Of a stretch of DNA of 64,000 nt, positions 48,559-58,110 are shown one piece after another. The notes beneath the pieces are model-generated. The model searched no databases. It was not told the DNA's origin and saw nothing but the letters and a program-made list of their open reading frames with translations. Position 1 is the stretch's first letter. Each line of letters opens with the position of its first letter. The position numbers were made by a program, and so were the translations under genes. The DNA comes from Candidatus Hatepunaea meridiana (GTDB lineage Bacteria; Electryoneota; AABM5-125-24; Hatepunaeales; Hatepunaeaceae): positions 220-64,219 of the forward strand of contig JAVCDD010000176.1 in the NCBI GenBank assembly GCA_030765125.1, in the 5' to 3' direction.

Positions 48559-48870
48559 TTAAACCTCGTTTATCCCTCTGTTAAGATATTCAGAAATTTC
48601 ACGCGCTTTCGCCTCAAAATCACTGAGTAATTGATCCTTGTCATCCTGAAGTTCGAAAAGTTTATCCGCTATATTCAAAGCTGCCAGAATGGCTAATCGA
48701 GACGGTGATTTCACGGAAGTCTGCTCTTCAATCTGATACATTTGTTCATCCACATAACGCGCAACTTTTCTAATATATTCCACGTTGCCTCGACTGCGAA
48801 TCGGGTATTCCTGACCATAAATGGTCACTTTTACTGCGTTTTCTGTTGAACCCTTATCAGTCATAGGCAT
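48559..48870 (-). CDS. zapA: Cell division protein ZapA
   Basis: ~100 aa; ...VTIYGQEYPIRSRGNVEYIRKVARYVDEQM... is typical of ZapA. Confidence 0.7.
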   Translation of the reverse strand: MPMTDKGSTENAVKVTIYGQEYPIRSRGNVEYIRKVARYVDEQMYQIEEQTSVKSPSRLAILAALNIADKLFELQDDKDQLLSDFEAKAREISEYLNRGINEV

Positions 48871-48946
48871 ACTACTTTTTCTTGGGTTTATTGGAGGTTT
48901 GTAACCTATTCAATTTAGAAGATAACCTTGCCGCCCCAGACACAGG

Positions 48947-49204
48947 TTAAAAACCTTCTAATTTTGCCAGAAGTTCGTCTACTTTGCTCTTGATGCGTTC
49001 TTCTTTTTCTTTATCACGAACATTCTGGCGAACTTCAACAATTTCCTTGTCGAGTTCATCTTTAGCACGATGTAATTCAGCTATTTCAGCTTCCAGTCTT
49101 GCAACTCTCTCTGCAAATTCGTCCCTCTCTGTCTTCATCGAATGATATTTATCGAGGAACCGGGTTACCTGTTGGTCAAGATTATTTAAACTTGGTAGTT
49201 CCAT
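48947..49204 (-). CDS. Small coiled-coil protein (ZapB-like cell-division factor candidate)
   Basis: 85 aa, entirely heptad coiled coil, adjacent to zapA. Confidence 0.35.
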   Translation of the reverse strand: MELPSLNNLDQQVTRFLDKYHSMKTERDEFAERVARLEAEIAELHRAKDELDKEIVEVRQNVRDKEKEERIKSKVDELLAKLEGF

Positions 49205-49234
49205 ATTGTAAGTTCCAGTATTAACAACGCTATT

Positions 49235-51901
49235 TTATGCTCGCAGAACTGCTCCGGCTTCATCAAGTGCCTTACTAACAATTCGTTTTATTGATTTGTC
49301 AACCTCGGCATCGGATAATGTCCGCTTAGCGCTGCGAAAAGTAAGGTGAAACGCTAACGATTTTTTTCCCACCGGAACGCCCTTGCCACTGAAAAGATCG
49401 AAAAGCTCAACCTCCGATAGATACTTTCCGCCATATTTTCCAAGGATCTCTTCCAGATTTCCAGCTTGAAGGTCATCATTAACGACAAAAGCAAGGTCAC
49501 GGAGTACTGCCGGATAACGAGGCAATTGTTGATAGCTCGGTACTGCTCCCGCTAATTCAAGCAGAACATCACCGTCAAAGTCGAAATACCATATGGGAAA
49601 ATCAACTCCATAAGCCTTGCATATATAAGAAGATATACGACCAGACAAGCCGACTTGACGGTTGCTATTTTGCTTCCCGGCAGCTTCGATTTTACAGGCG
49701 CCTGATAGTACTCTTATATCATAAGGATAAAAATCGATTTTGTCAAGTGAAATCTTACGTGAGAACTGTTTTATTAGTCCCTTTAGGTCATAAAAGTTCA
49801 AATCACGAGTTGTGTCCGTCCAGGACACAGGTCGAACCTCCCCTATTAATACCCCGGACAACCGATTTCCTTCGCAGACCTTGCCGTTTTCCATCCGAAA
49901 ACACTTACCCCATTCAAACAAGCGAGCGTTTGTTATACCGGCGTTGATACTGCGAGAGAGCGATTTCAGCAAAGACGGTCCTAAATTAGTTCGCAAGTGT
50001 GACATATCCTCGCTGAGTGGATTCAGTAGCGTCACTGGTTTTTCGGGAAGAGGAAATCCATCGGTGTCAGACGAAGGAACGAGTGAGGGATTGATAGCTT
50101 CTCTGAAACCCAATTCCACCAATGCCTGCTTGAACCTGCTGATCAAGCGGCGGGAATTTTCTCGTTTTGTATTGTAAGTTAGGAGTACTCCGGAAGTGAT
50201 TGCAGATTCGACCTTGTCGTAGCCGTAATGGCGTGCAACCTCTTCGATTAGATCAATCTCGCGTTCCAGGTCGTGCCGCCAGGATGGCGGGCTGACCTTC
50301 ACGAGATTAGACACAACTTCACAACCCAGTTTATCAAAAAACACAACCAGATCGCTTTCGGGAATACCGGTAGAGAGGAGCTTATCGACAATCTCACTCA
50401 GATCGTACTGCCAAGTCTTGGGCTCAACATCAATATCATCAGGGGGTGTAACCTCTTCACTCAGCAGTAACAGGAGTTTAGGTAGTGTTAGATCAACATT
50501 GGTCTCAATAAGCAACAATTTACTGATTACACTCAGGAAGTCTTCCCTGCTCAACGACGGTTTAACTTTGAAAATGATACTGTTTTTCACATCACAACCT
50601 AATCGCTTCAGCCACAGACTCATCTCTCCGGTGAAGATATTCGTCCCGAGGAGTTTGTTTGTGCGTTCGGACCTGAGCTTGATATGACGCTTCTTCCAGG
50701 GTTTTGGGTAGTTATCAACTATACCTTTCAGTACTTTTCCATCAGCAAACCGGTTGATAAGATATGCTGCCCGGTTGACAGCAAAGATCGTCATTTCAGG
50801 ATCAACACCGCGTTCAAAGCGGTAAGATGATTCCGAACTGATAGAATGATCGCGCGAAGTGATACGAATACCAACTGGTTCAAAGTAGGCACACTCCAAC
50901 AGCACATCTTCAGTATCATCCCTGATCTCGCTGTTCAAACCGCCCATAACGCCTGCCAGAGCGATTCCGCGCGATGGATCCGCAATAAGCAGGTTGCTTT
51001 CATTAAGAGTATGTTCTTTCTCATCGAGTGTGATGAACTTCTCACCCTTTTTAGCGGTGCGAACTACTATTTTGGCATCATTAACAAGGTGATAGTCGAA
51101 AGCATGCAAGGGGTGTCCCAATTCGAGCGCTACATAGTTGGTAATATCCACCACGTTTGAGATCGGTCTGACGCCGAGGTTACGGAGACGTTCCTGCATC
51201 CAGAGCGGTGCGGGAGCAATCTTCACACCGTTAACGATTCGAGCGGAATAGCGCGGGCATTTGTCGGGCGCTTGTATTTCGATGGTTAGTTTTTCGGATG
51301 CCGCTTGAGCGATCTCTTCGACTTCGGACTCCGGCATTTTCAATTCGATACCGGTGGCTGTGGATATTTCCCTCGCAATACCGAGGTGCGAGAGCCAGTC
51401 GCCGCGGTTGATGGTAATTTCGACATCGAAAATATAGTCTCTTTTCCCGATATAGTCGGTCAAGGGAGCGCCGATTGTAAAATCATCCGGCAGAACCATA
51501 ATCCCCGCAGCTTCATCGGAAATCCCAAGTTCCTTCTCGCTGCAGATCATCCCCTGCGACGTAACACCCTTGAGCTTACGTCTCGTAATCTTAAAGCCAC
51601 CGGGCAGCATAGATCCGACCGGCGCCACAGGCACTATCTGACCGGCAGCAACGTTGGGAGCGCCACATACAATACCGAGTGTTTCGCCTATACCGACGTC
51701 AACCTCGCAGTAGCTAAGATGATCGGTTTCCGGCACCGGTTCGCAGGTCAGTACTTTACCAATGACGACATTAGTCCACTCACCGCCAACCTCATCAAAA
51801 GAGTCAATATTCAGACCGATATTGGTCAGGAGGTCAGCAAGTTCCTCGGGTGAATGAGGGAAGTTTATTAGTTCTTTAAGCCAGTTGTAGGATGCTTTCA
51901 T
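49235..51901 (-). CDS. pheT: Phenylalanine--tRNA ligase beta subunit
   Basis: 888 aa; tRNA-binding N-domain, B3/B4, B5 and anticodon-binding-like domains; pheS lies upstream. Confidence 0.9.
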   Translation of the reverse strand: MKASYNWLKELINFPHSPEELADLLTNIGLNIDSFDEVGGEWTNVVIGKVLTCEPVPETDHLSYCEVDVGIGETLGIVCGAPNVAAGQIVPVAPVGSMLPGGFKITRRKLKGVTSQGMICSEKELGISDEAAGIMVLPDDFTIGAPLTDYIGKRDYIFDVEITINRGDWLSHLGIAREISTATGIELKMPESEVEEIAQAASEKLTIEIQAPDKCPRYSARIVNGVKIAPAPLWMQERLRNLGVRPISNVVDITNYVALELGHPLHAFDYHLVNDAKIVVRTAKKGEKFITLDEKEHTLNESNLLIADPSRGIALAGVMGGLNSEIRDDTEDVLLECAYFEPVGIRITSRDHSISSESSYRFERGVDPEMTIFAVNRAAYLINRFADGKVLKGIVDNYPKPWKKRHIKLRSERTNKLLGTNIFTGEMSLWLKRLGCDVKNSIIFKVKPSLSREDFLSVISKLLLIETNVDLTLPKLLLLLSEEVTPPDDIDVEPKTWQYDLSEIVDKLLSTGIPESDLVVFFDKLGCEVVSNLVKVSPPSWRHDLEREIDLIEEVARHYGYDKVESAITSGVLLTYNTKRENSRRLISRFKQALVELGFREAINPSLVPSSDTDGFPLPEKPVTLLNPLSEDMSHLRTNLGPSLLKSLSRSINAGITNARLFEWGKCFRMENGKVCEGNRLSGVLIGEVRPVSWTDTTRDLNFYDLKGLIKQFSRKISLDKIDFYPYDIRVLSGACKIEAAGKQNSNRQVGLSGRISSYICKAYGVDFPIWYFDFDGDVLLELAGAVPSYQQLPRYPAVLRDLAFVVNDDLQAGNLEEILGKYGGKYLSEVELFDLFSGKGVPVGKKSLAFHLTFRSAKRTLSDAEVDKSIKRIVSKALDEAGAVLRA

Positions 51902-51946
51902 TATTTTTAATTGTCAATTGATGTTTATTGATTATTTTGTTCTTCA

Positions 51947-52879
51947 CTAAACAGTCGTTTCGTCAGGTCTTGGAATAGTAACTCCACAAGTACCATCAAA
52001 GTGCTTTTCTCGCTTTTTTTCTGATGAAAGATTTTTGTAGCCTTCACTTTCAACCAATTTCTTGAAACATGCTCTGACTATTTGCCATAGTTCGTTTAGT
52101 TTATCAAGATTTCTTTTACTATCTTTATCGGAAACTAAATGTAATTGTCCGTGCACTATCCTTGATCGAATGTTATAGAACTCTTCTATTCTTTCTTTAT
52201 TAAAATTACCGTCTTTAAGGTAATCTGAAATCCTTTTGCATATCAAATCTTTCGTGTTAGCACCCGATTTTTTTCTTCCAAATATTGCTTCTAATGCACA
52301 TGACCAATGTAGATATGCTCCAACCCAATTCGAATCAAACAATCCTCTTAATAACAGGAAAACGGCATTATGTAATCTTTTTGATGTTTTCTCCATCCGT
52401 ATAAGTTTTATACAAAATTCTTCAACCTCTTCCATTTTCTGTTTATTAACGGTTATCCTTTCCGGTTTATTAATGTATTTGATTGTGATTGAATCTCTCC
52501 AACAAGAACTAGGCTCATCTGGATATAGAAAATACTCAACTGAAACCGGATGATTTAATGCCAGATGAAAGGATACTAATAGTAAATGTACATCTACTAA
52601 ATAATTCTTTTTTAAATAGTTCTTATTCTCAATAATTTCTAAAGCATTTTGTAGTTTTGAAATCCTTACAGTATATTTTTTAGATATTTCAGGAGATTCA
52701 ATAGTCTGATAAAACCTTACTAATCTTGCATTGATACATTTAAACTCGTATTCTACTTCCCCTCTTCGACTAATGCTTGGATGAGAATATTTGAAATCAA
52801 TAAGTGGAATTAATACCATCTTAGAATTGCGATCATGTCTTTTACTATCCATTCTGTTTTTTATCCCCTTCAAATTCAT
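51947..52879 (-). CDS. AT-rich inserted gene encoding HEPN-motif protein (C-terminal E...Rx4H: ALEAIFG...RSRIVHG) - candidate abortive-infection/defence ribonuclease
   Basis: Markedly lower GC than the flanking pheS/pheT. Sits between two genes that are normally adjacent. The ORF-track N-terminus (MVFGLWLCWSS) is encoded by a (ccaaaga)x3 repeat, so the start is placed at MNLKG. Rx4H lies in a predicted helical C-terminal domain. Confidence 0.4.
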   Translation of the reverse strand: MNLKGIKNRMDSKRHDRNSKMVLIPLIDFKYSHPSISRRGEVEYEFKCINARLVRFYQTIESPEISKKYTVRISKLQNALEIIENKNYLKKNYLVDVHLLLVSFHLALNHPVSVEYFLYPDEPSSCWRDSITIKYINKPERITVNKQKMEEVEEFCIKLIRMEKTSKRLHNAVFLLLRGLFDSNWVGAYLHWSCALEAIFGRKKSGANTKDLICKRISDYLKDGNFNKERIEEFYNIRSRIVHGQLHLVSDKDSKRNLDKLNELWQIVRACFKKLVESEGYKNLSSEKKREKHFDGTCGVTIPRPDETTV

Positions 52880-52944
52880 CAACCTGCCTCGTAATACACC
52901 GACAGAACTCCAGCACAACCAAAGACCAAAGACCAAAGACTCCC

Positions 52945-53976
52945 TTAGAACTGCTCCAAAAACCTCAAATCATTCTCATAAAACAGCCGAATATCATCCA
53001 CCCCATATTTAAGCATCGCAATCCTTTCAATCCCTAATCCAAACGCCCAGCCGGTATATACTTCCGAGTCGATTCCTACACCTTCCAGTACGTTCGGATC
53101 AACCATCCCCGATCCACCCATCTCTAACCAGCCGGACTTTTTGCAAACACGGCAGCCTTTGCCTTTGCAGAATATGCAGGTAACGTCCACCTCCGCAGAG
53201 GGCTCTGTGAAGGGGAAGAAGTGCGGGCGGAAACGGGTCTCTGTGTCCGGTCCGAAGATCGCCCGGTAAAACGTCAGCACGGTTCCCTTCAGATCAGCCA
53301 TCGTTACACCCTTGTCTACATAGAGTCCCTCGACCTGCATAAAGATCGGTGAGTGCGAGGCGTCCGGTTTATCATTGCGGTAGACGCGTCCGGGAGCTAT
53401 GATGCGAATTGGTGGCTTCTGCCGTTCCATTACCCGGATCTGAACGGGTGACGTTTCTGTACGCAGCAGCCAACTCTTATGTTTTTCAGCAGGTAGATCA
53501 AGGTAAAAGGTATCGGTCAGATCACGCGCCGGGTGCCAGAATGGCGTGTTGAGGGCATCAAAGTTGTAATAAGCGGTCTCCGCTTCCGGACCGGTTTCCA
53601 CAACGAAACCCATCCCGCGAAAGATGTCTATGATCTCATCCATAATATAGGTTAGGGGATGTAATCCGCCGATGAAGTCTTTGCGACCAGGTAACGTGTG
53701 GTCAAGTAATTCCTTTTTGTGACCGATTGCGCCCAGTGTTTTCTTTAGCTCATCAAGCTGGTTTGAAACAATATTCTTGATTTCATTCAGCGTCTTACCG
53801 AAGGCACGCCGTTCTTCAGGCGGGATTTCACGCATTCGGTCGAATTGCGTAGAGATAATCCCCTTGCGTCCCAGGTAATCTACACGCAGTTGTTCCAATG
53901 CTTTCAGGTCTCTTATATCGGAGGCTTCGGTTTTGAATTTTTCTTTTAAGCTGTTTACTTCTTCTATTAAACTCAT
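52945..53976 (-). CDS. pheS: Phenylalanine--tRNA ligase alpha subunit
   Basis: 343 aa; class II aaRS motifs (FRPHFFPFTEPSAEVD, GWAFGLGIERIAM). Confidence 0.9.
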   Translation of the reverse strand: MSLIEEVNSLKEKFKTEASDIRDLKALEQLRVDYLGRKGIISTQFDRMREIPPEERRAFGKTLNEIKNIVSNQLDELKKTLGAIGHKKELLDHTLPGRKDFIGGLHPLTYIMDEIIDIFRGMGFVVETGPEAETAYYNFDALNTPFWHPARDLTDTFYLDLPAEKHKSWLLRTETSPVQIRVMERQKPPIRIIAPGRVYRNDKPDASHSPIFMQVEGLYVDKGVTMADLKGTVLTFYRAIFGPDTETRFRPHFFPFTEPSAEVDVTCIFCKGKGCRVCKKSGWLEMGGSGMVDPNVLEGVGIDSEVYTGWAFGLGIERIAMLKYGVDDIRLFYENDLRFLEQF

Positions 53977-54027
53977 TTACTAAAATCCTTGATTTTCCTT
54001 TTTAAGTGAGGATGCTTTCAATATTAG

Positions 54028-54291
54028 TTAAGAATTATTGTTGTGTCGAGTAGATACATCTTCATTCCTCCATTCCAGTGCCAAATGTTGAAGTTCAACT
54101 GAAGTGAATTTATCTCTTAAGTGCCGTAAATCACCCTTCCAATCCAGCTTGAACTGACCTTCTGGTTTGTTATCATTCTCAGACAACAACGAATCAATAA
54201 TACTTTCTAATCGCTGTTGCAACTCAGGTGATAAAGCCCTGATTTTCTCTTCAAGAGTTAACACTCTTTCCTTTTCTTCTGTTTCTACCAT
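54028..54291 (-). CDS. Hypothetical small protein (DUF2281-like ...LSPELQQRLESIIDSLL... motif)
   Basis: Start placed at MVETEEK, after the rplT terminator. Confidence 0.35.
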   Translation of the reverse strand: MVETEEKERVLTLEEKIRALSPELQQRLESIIDSLLSENDNKPEGQFKLDWKGDLRHLRDKFTSVELQHLALEWRNEDVSTRHNNNS

Positions 54292-54321
54292 ATTGATCTC
54301 CTTTCGCTCTGAAATAGTAAT

Positions 54322-54353
54322 ATAACGCAAAAACGGGCGGAGACCGCCCGTTT
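54322..54353 (-). terminator. Rho-independent terminator of the rpmI-rplT operon (aaacgggcggtctccgcccgttt + U-tract)
   Basis: GC hairpin followed by TTTTT in minus-strand sense, 30 bp after the rplT stop. Confidence 0.6.
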
Positions 54354-54383
54354 GCTCTGATTACAAGAATTGCTGACCGAGTT

Positions 54384-54740
54384 TTACTGCAAGGCGGCGT
54401 TAGCCTGCTCGGCCAGCGCCTTAAACTCGAAGGGTTTGTTGACAGCCAATTCGGCTAAAATCTTCCTATCAACCTCTACATTTAATAAAGATAAACCGTG
54501 CATAAACTTTGAGTAACTTAGCCCGTGCTCGCGGCTGGCGGCGTTAATACGCATTATCCAGAGACGACGGAAGTCACCTGGGCGTTTCCGCCGGTGAGCG
54601 TAACTATACATTCCGGCTCGGTTGACTGCGTCCCGGAGTGTCCGTAACTGACGGCTGCGAGCCCCGTAATACCCACGCGCTTGTTTACGCAGCTTTTTAC
54701 GGCGTTTGTGTGATGCGACTGCGTTTCTTGATCTTGACAT
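54384..54740 (-). CDS. rplT: 50S ribosomal protein L20
   Basis: 118 aa, basic; MSRSRNAVASHKRRKKLRKQARGYYGARSR... is typical L20. Confidence 0.95.
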   Translation of the reverse strand: MSRSRNAVASHKRRKKLRKQARGYYGARSRQLRTLRDAVNRAGMYSYAHRRKRPGDFRRLWIMRINAASREHGLSYSKFMHGLSLLNVEVDRKILAELAVNKPFEFKALAEQANAALQ

Positions 54741-54749
54741 AATTCTTCC

Positions 54750-54944
54750 CTATCCTAAAAGCATACGTTGAATCCTGCGCGCCTCAATAGCGACGACCTG
54801 TCCGGCTTTACGCAAATGTCTTTTACGGTCAGGGGATTTACTTGTGAATTTATGGCCGGCATGCGAATGCCCGCGTTTAACTTTACCGGTAGCGGAAAGT
54901 TTGAACCTTTTTTTAGCCGCCCGGTTGGATTTCATCTTTGGCAT
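54750..54944 (-). CDS. rpmI: 50S ribosomal protein L35
   Basis: 64 aa; MPKMKSNRAAKKRFKLSATGKVKR... Confidence 0.9.
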   Translation of the reverse strand: MPKMKSNRAAKKRFKLSATGKVKRGHSHAGHKFTSKSPDRKRHLRKAGQVVAIEARRIQRMLLG

Positions 54945-55180
54945 ATTTATTATTCCTGCTTAATTTTAATTTTAAAAACAATAATTGTTATTTTGCTAAA
55001 TTGTTAAATTGTTTGATTGTTTATTTGCTCTATTGTCTCATTGTTTCATTGTTCAAAGTGATTCAATGTTTTTAACAATACAGCAATATAGCAGTATAGC
55101 AATATAGCAATTTAACAATCAAACAATCTAACAATTTAACAATTTATAAAGCCCACAATTAGTAGGCTGCACTCGAATTA

Positions 55181-55738
55181 TCACTTACCCTTCTTCTTGA
55201 CAAGCACCACCGAGAGGTTATTAGCGCCTTCCATTCTGGCGCTGCCATCAGGTACGGCAATATCGGATAAACTCTCAACCATTCTGGTAAGCACTTCATC
55301 AGCAATGTCTTTACGAGTAACCATCCGGCCTCGCATAGTTATTAATACTTTTACACGGTGACCGGCTTCTATAAATCGTCTCCCTGCAGAAAGTTTAACG
55401 TTAAAATCGTGCGTGTCAATATTCGGTTTAAGTTGAACCCTCTTGACCTGAACATTATGCTGTTTCTTCCGTGCGTCTTTCTGCTTCTTGGTCTGCTCAT
55501 AACGGTATTTACCATAGTCAATTACTTTGCAGACAGGCGGTTTGGCAGCAGGGGCAATTTCAACCAGATCAAGTCCTGCATCCCTGGCAATACCAAGCGC
55601 TTTGACAATATCTACTACTCCAGCTTGTTTGCCGTCTGATCCGATCAATCGTACAGGACTGGCAGTGATCTCGCTGTTTATACGCGGTGCCTTAACCCGA
55701 TCCCGACTTTGAAAACTGCGACCCTGGAAATTAGCTAT
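55181..55738 (-). CDS. infC: Translation initiation factor IF-3 (probable non-ATG start, ATT/ATA)
   Basis: ...KAPRINSEITASPVRLIGSDGKQAGVVDIVKALGIARDAGLDLVEI... is typical IF3. The ORF-track N-terminal extension is unlikely; infC classically starts at AUU/AUA. Confidence 0.8.
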   Translation of the reverse strand: MANFQGRSFQSRDRVKAPRINSEITASPVRLIGSDGKQAGVVDIVKALGIARDAGLDLVEIAPAAKPPVCKVIDYGKYRYEQTKKQKDARKKQHNVQVKRVQLKPNIDTHDFNVKLSAGRRFIEAGHRVKVLITMRGRMVTRKDIADEVLTRMVESLSDIAVPDGSARMEGANNLSVVLVKKKGK

Positions 55739-55886
55739 AATTCCCCCATACACACTTGAAACGTGTGTTAAAAACACTAACAATAATGATAATGTTACTC
55801 CGTTTAGACTGCGATTTGTATTTATTTATTAATATTCATACCGCATTATGCGGCTTTTAATATGATAATTCTTATCAGTCGTTAGT

Positions 55887-55940
55887 ATTTGCGACACTCT
55901 TGTCGCAAATAGTTAGTAGATGCGACACTCTTGTCGCATG
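55887..55940. promoter_or_regulatory. Two tandem copies of an 18-bp perfect palindrome TGCGACActctTGTCGCA between thrS and infC
   Basis: 55887-55910 atttgcgacactcttgtcgcaaat and 55919-55940 gatgcgacactcttgtcgcatg. Confidence 0.4.
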
Positions 55941-56018
55941 ATGTTCCAAAGGGACATAAATAAATTCACAATTCATTAAAAAGGAATGTCTATCCTATCC
56001 ACTCCGCGGTAAAAATCA

Positions 56019-57734
56019 TCACTCTAATTCGCTTTTCATCCGCTCAATTAATATATCTACACTCATCGCACCTAAATTCCCTTCCCCACGTCGTCTGAGT
56101 GAAACCTGGTCGTTTTCAGCCTCCCGAGCGCCGATAATCAACATATACGGTACTTTGGCAAGTTCAGCGTCTCTGATCTTGCGCCCGATCTTCTCTGCGC
56201 GCCAATCAACTCGACAACGAATACCTTCAGCACATAAACGATCATAGGTTTTTCTAACAGCATCGTGTTCTTTATCTGTGATCGGTAATAATACCGCCTG
56301 TTCAGGCGCCAGCCAGAGTGGGAAGTCACCGCCGTAGTGTTCGATCAGGATGCCGATGAACCGTTCCATCGCACCAAGTATCGTCCTATGCAGCATCACA
56401 GGATGATGCGGTTGATTGTCGGAACCTATATATTCAAGATCAAACCGCTGCGGGAAATTGAAATCCAACTGTATTGTGCTGCACTGCCAGCTTCGTCCTA
56501 ACGCATCGACAACATGAAAATCAATCTTGGGTCCGTAAAAAGCGCCTTCGCCTTTGTTTACATCGTAATCATAATGTCCTTGATCCAAAGCCGTTATAAG
56601 CGCTTCTTCTGCATTGTCCCATAGTTCATCAGAACCGATACGATCCTTTGGACGAGTGGAAAGTTCCATCGAGATATCAGTTAAGTTAAAATGTTCGAAT
56701 ACCTCAAAAACCAGTTTAATCATCGCTGAAACTTCATCAACGATCTGATCGGGTGTGCAGAAGATGTGAGCGTCATCCTGGGTGATGTGCCTGACCCGGA
56801 ACAACCCGTGCAACGTTCCGGATTTCTCGTAGCGATGGACAATACCCATTTCCGCCCAACGCAACGGCAGGTCACGATAGCTCCATTGCCGTTCCTTGTA
56901 CATCAGCACAGCGCCTGGGCAATTCATCGGTCTCACAGCGTAATCACGATCATCCAGGGTCGTGAAGTACATATTGTTGTGATAGTGATCCCAATGCCCG
57001 GAACGTTCCCATAAATCCCTGGTCATAATAAGCGGTGAGCTTATCTGTCCATAACCCCGGCGTGTGAGCAGCTTGCGCATATAATCATCAATGAGATGGA
57101 ACAGTATTTCACCTTTAGGATGCCAGAACGGCGCCCCCGGAGCTTCCGGGTGGAAACTGAACAGGTCCATCTGCTTGCCAATAATACGATGATCCCGCTT
57201 CTTTGCTTCTTCGAGCTTCATCAGGTGCACTTTTAGCTGCTTGGGCGTTGGATAAGCAATCCCATATATCCGTTGCAGCATCTGATTCCGTTCGTCACCA
57301 CGCCAATAAGCGCCCGTGAGTGAAAGCAGCTTGAAATGCTTGATTAAACCGGTAGAAGCGATATGCGGACCGCGGCAGAGATCGGTAAATTCACCTTGTG
57401 AATAGACCGATATCTGTTCGTCAAGTTCCTCTATTAACTCGAGCTTATAATCCTGGTTTTCCTTTGCAAAGAACAGTTTCGCTTCATCTGGTGAAAGTTC
57501 CGAGCGTGTTATCGACAGATCCTCTTCCACAATTCTCTTCATCTCGGCTTCTATCTTAGGCAACTCATCGGATGAAATGGTCTCGCCAAAGTCGAAATCG
57601 TAGTAAAAGCCATTCTTAATCGCTGGACCAATCCCGAGTTTAACATCGGGATAAAGCCGCTTGACAGCCTGGGCTAACAGATGAGCAGACGAATGCCAGA
57701 ATATTTCAAGCGTCTGCGGAGAATTTGGATTCAT
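56019..57734 (-). CDS. thrS: Threonine--tRNA ligase (short form lacking N-terminal TGS domain)
   Basis: HSSAHLLAQAV (second additional domain), class II catalytic core and C-terminal anticodon-binding domain. 571 aa. Confidence 0.9.
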   Translation of the reverse strand: MNPNSPQTLEIFWHSSAHLLAQAVKRLYPDVKLGIGPAIKNGFYYDFDFGETISSDELPKIEAEMKRIVEEDLSITRSELSPDEAKLFFAKENQDYKLELIEELDEQISVYSQGEFTDLCRGPHIASTGLIKHFKLLSLTGAYWRGDERNQMLQRIYGIAYPTPKQLKVHLMKLEEAKKRDHRIIGKQMDLFSFHPEAPGAPFWHPKGEILFHLIDDYMRKLLTRRGYGQISSPLIMTRDLWERSGHWDHYHNNMYFTTLDDRDYAVRPMNCPGAVLMYKERQWSYRDLPLRWAEMGIVHRYEKSGTLHGLFRVRHITQDDAHIFCTPDQIVDEVSAMIKLVFEVFEHFNLTDISMELSTRPKDRIGSDELWDNAEEALITALDQGHYDYDVNKGEGAFYGPKIDFHVVDALGRSWQCSTIQLDFNFPQRFDLEYIGSDNQPHHPVMLHRTILGAMERFIGILIEHYGGDFPLWLAPEQAVLLPITDKEHDAVRKTYDRLCAEGIRCRVDWRAEKIGRKIRDAELAKVPYMLIIGAREAENDQVSLRRRGEGNLGAMSVDILIERMKSELE

Positions 57735-57820
57735 TCGTTTTAAAGTTTAGAGTTCACGCTTCAGCGTGTCTTTTCGGGAGTTTAGAGTCCACCTAATGAA
57801 TATCCAGTAATTTAGGCTTG

Positions 57821-57895
57821 TGGGCGATAGTGGAGTCGAACCACCGACCTCTTGCATGTCACGCAAGCGCTCTAACCAAGCTGAGCTAATCGCCC
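57821..57895 (-). tRNA. tRNA-Val (anticodon GAC)
   Basis: Manual cloverleaf: acceptor GGGCGAT/ATCGCCC, anticodon stem CTTGC/GCAAG, loop GTGACAT, T-loop TTCGACT. Confidence 0.8.
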
Positions 57896-57965
57896 GGAAT
57901 TGATGTTGTAATATTGTGATGTTGTAATGCTGTAATTACGAAATCACAACATTACAACATCACAA
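57896..57965. repeat. Imperfect palindrome of GTTGTAAT/ATTACAAC words between tRNA-Val and tRNA-Leu
   Basis: gttgtaatattgtgatgttgtaatg ... atcacaacattacaacatcacaatatt. Confidence 0.45.
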
Positions 57966-57976
57966 TATTTATTTCG

Positions 57977-58062
57977 TGCCGAGGGCCGGAATCGAACCGG
58001 CACGACCTTATGAGATCGAGGGATTTTAAGTCCCTTGTGTCTACCTATTCCACCACCCCGGC
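57977..58062 (-). tRNA. tRNA-Leu (anticodon TAA), class II with long variable arm
   Basis: Acceptor GCCGGGG/CCTCGGC (one G-U). Anticodon stem AGGGA/TCCCT, loop CTTAAAA. T-arm GCCGG-TTCGATT-CCGGC. Confidence 0.8.
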
Positions 58063-58110
58063 TTAATAGGCTTTGGGCTCTTGGTTTTCTAAAGCCCAAA
58101 AGCCTATCTG

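Noticed and set aside
56019-57734. thrS lacking TGS domain as a pseudogene
   Set aside because: All catalytic and anticodon-binding regions are intact and a good start is present. N-terminally short ThrRS forms exist; treated as functional.
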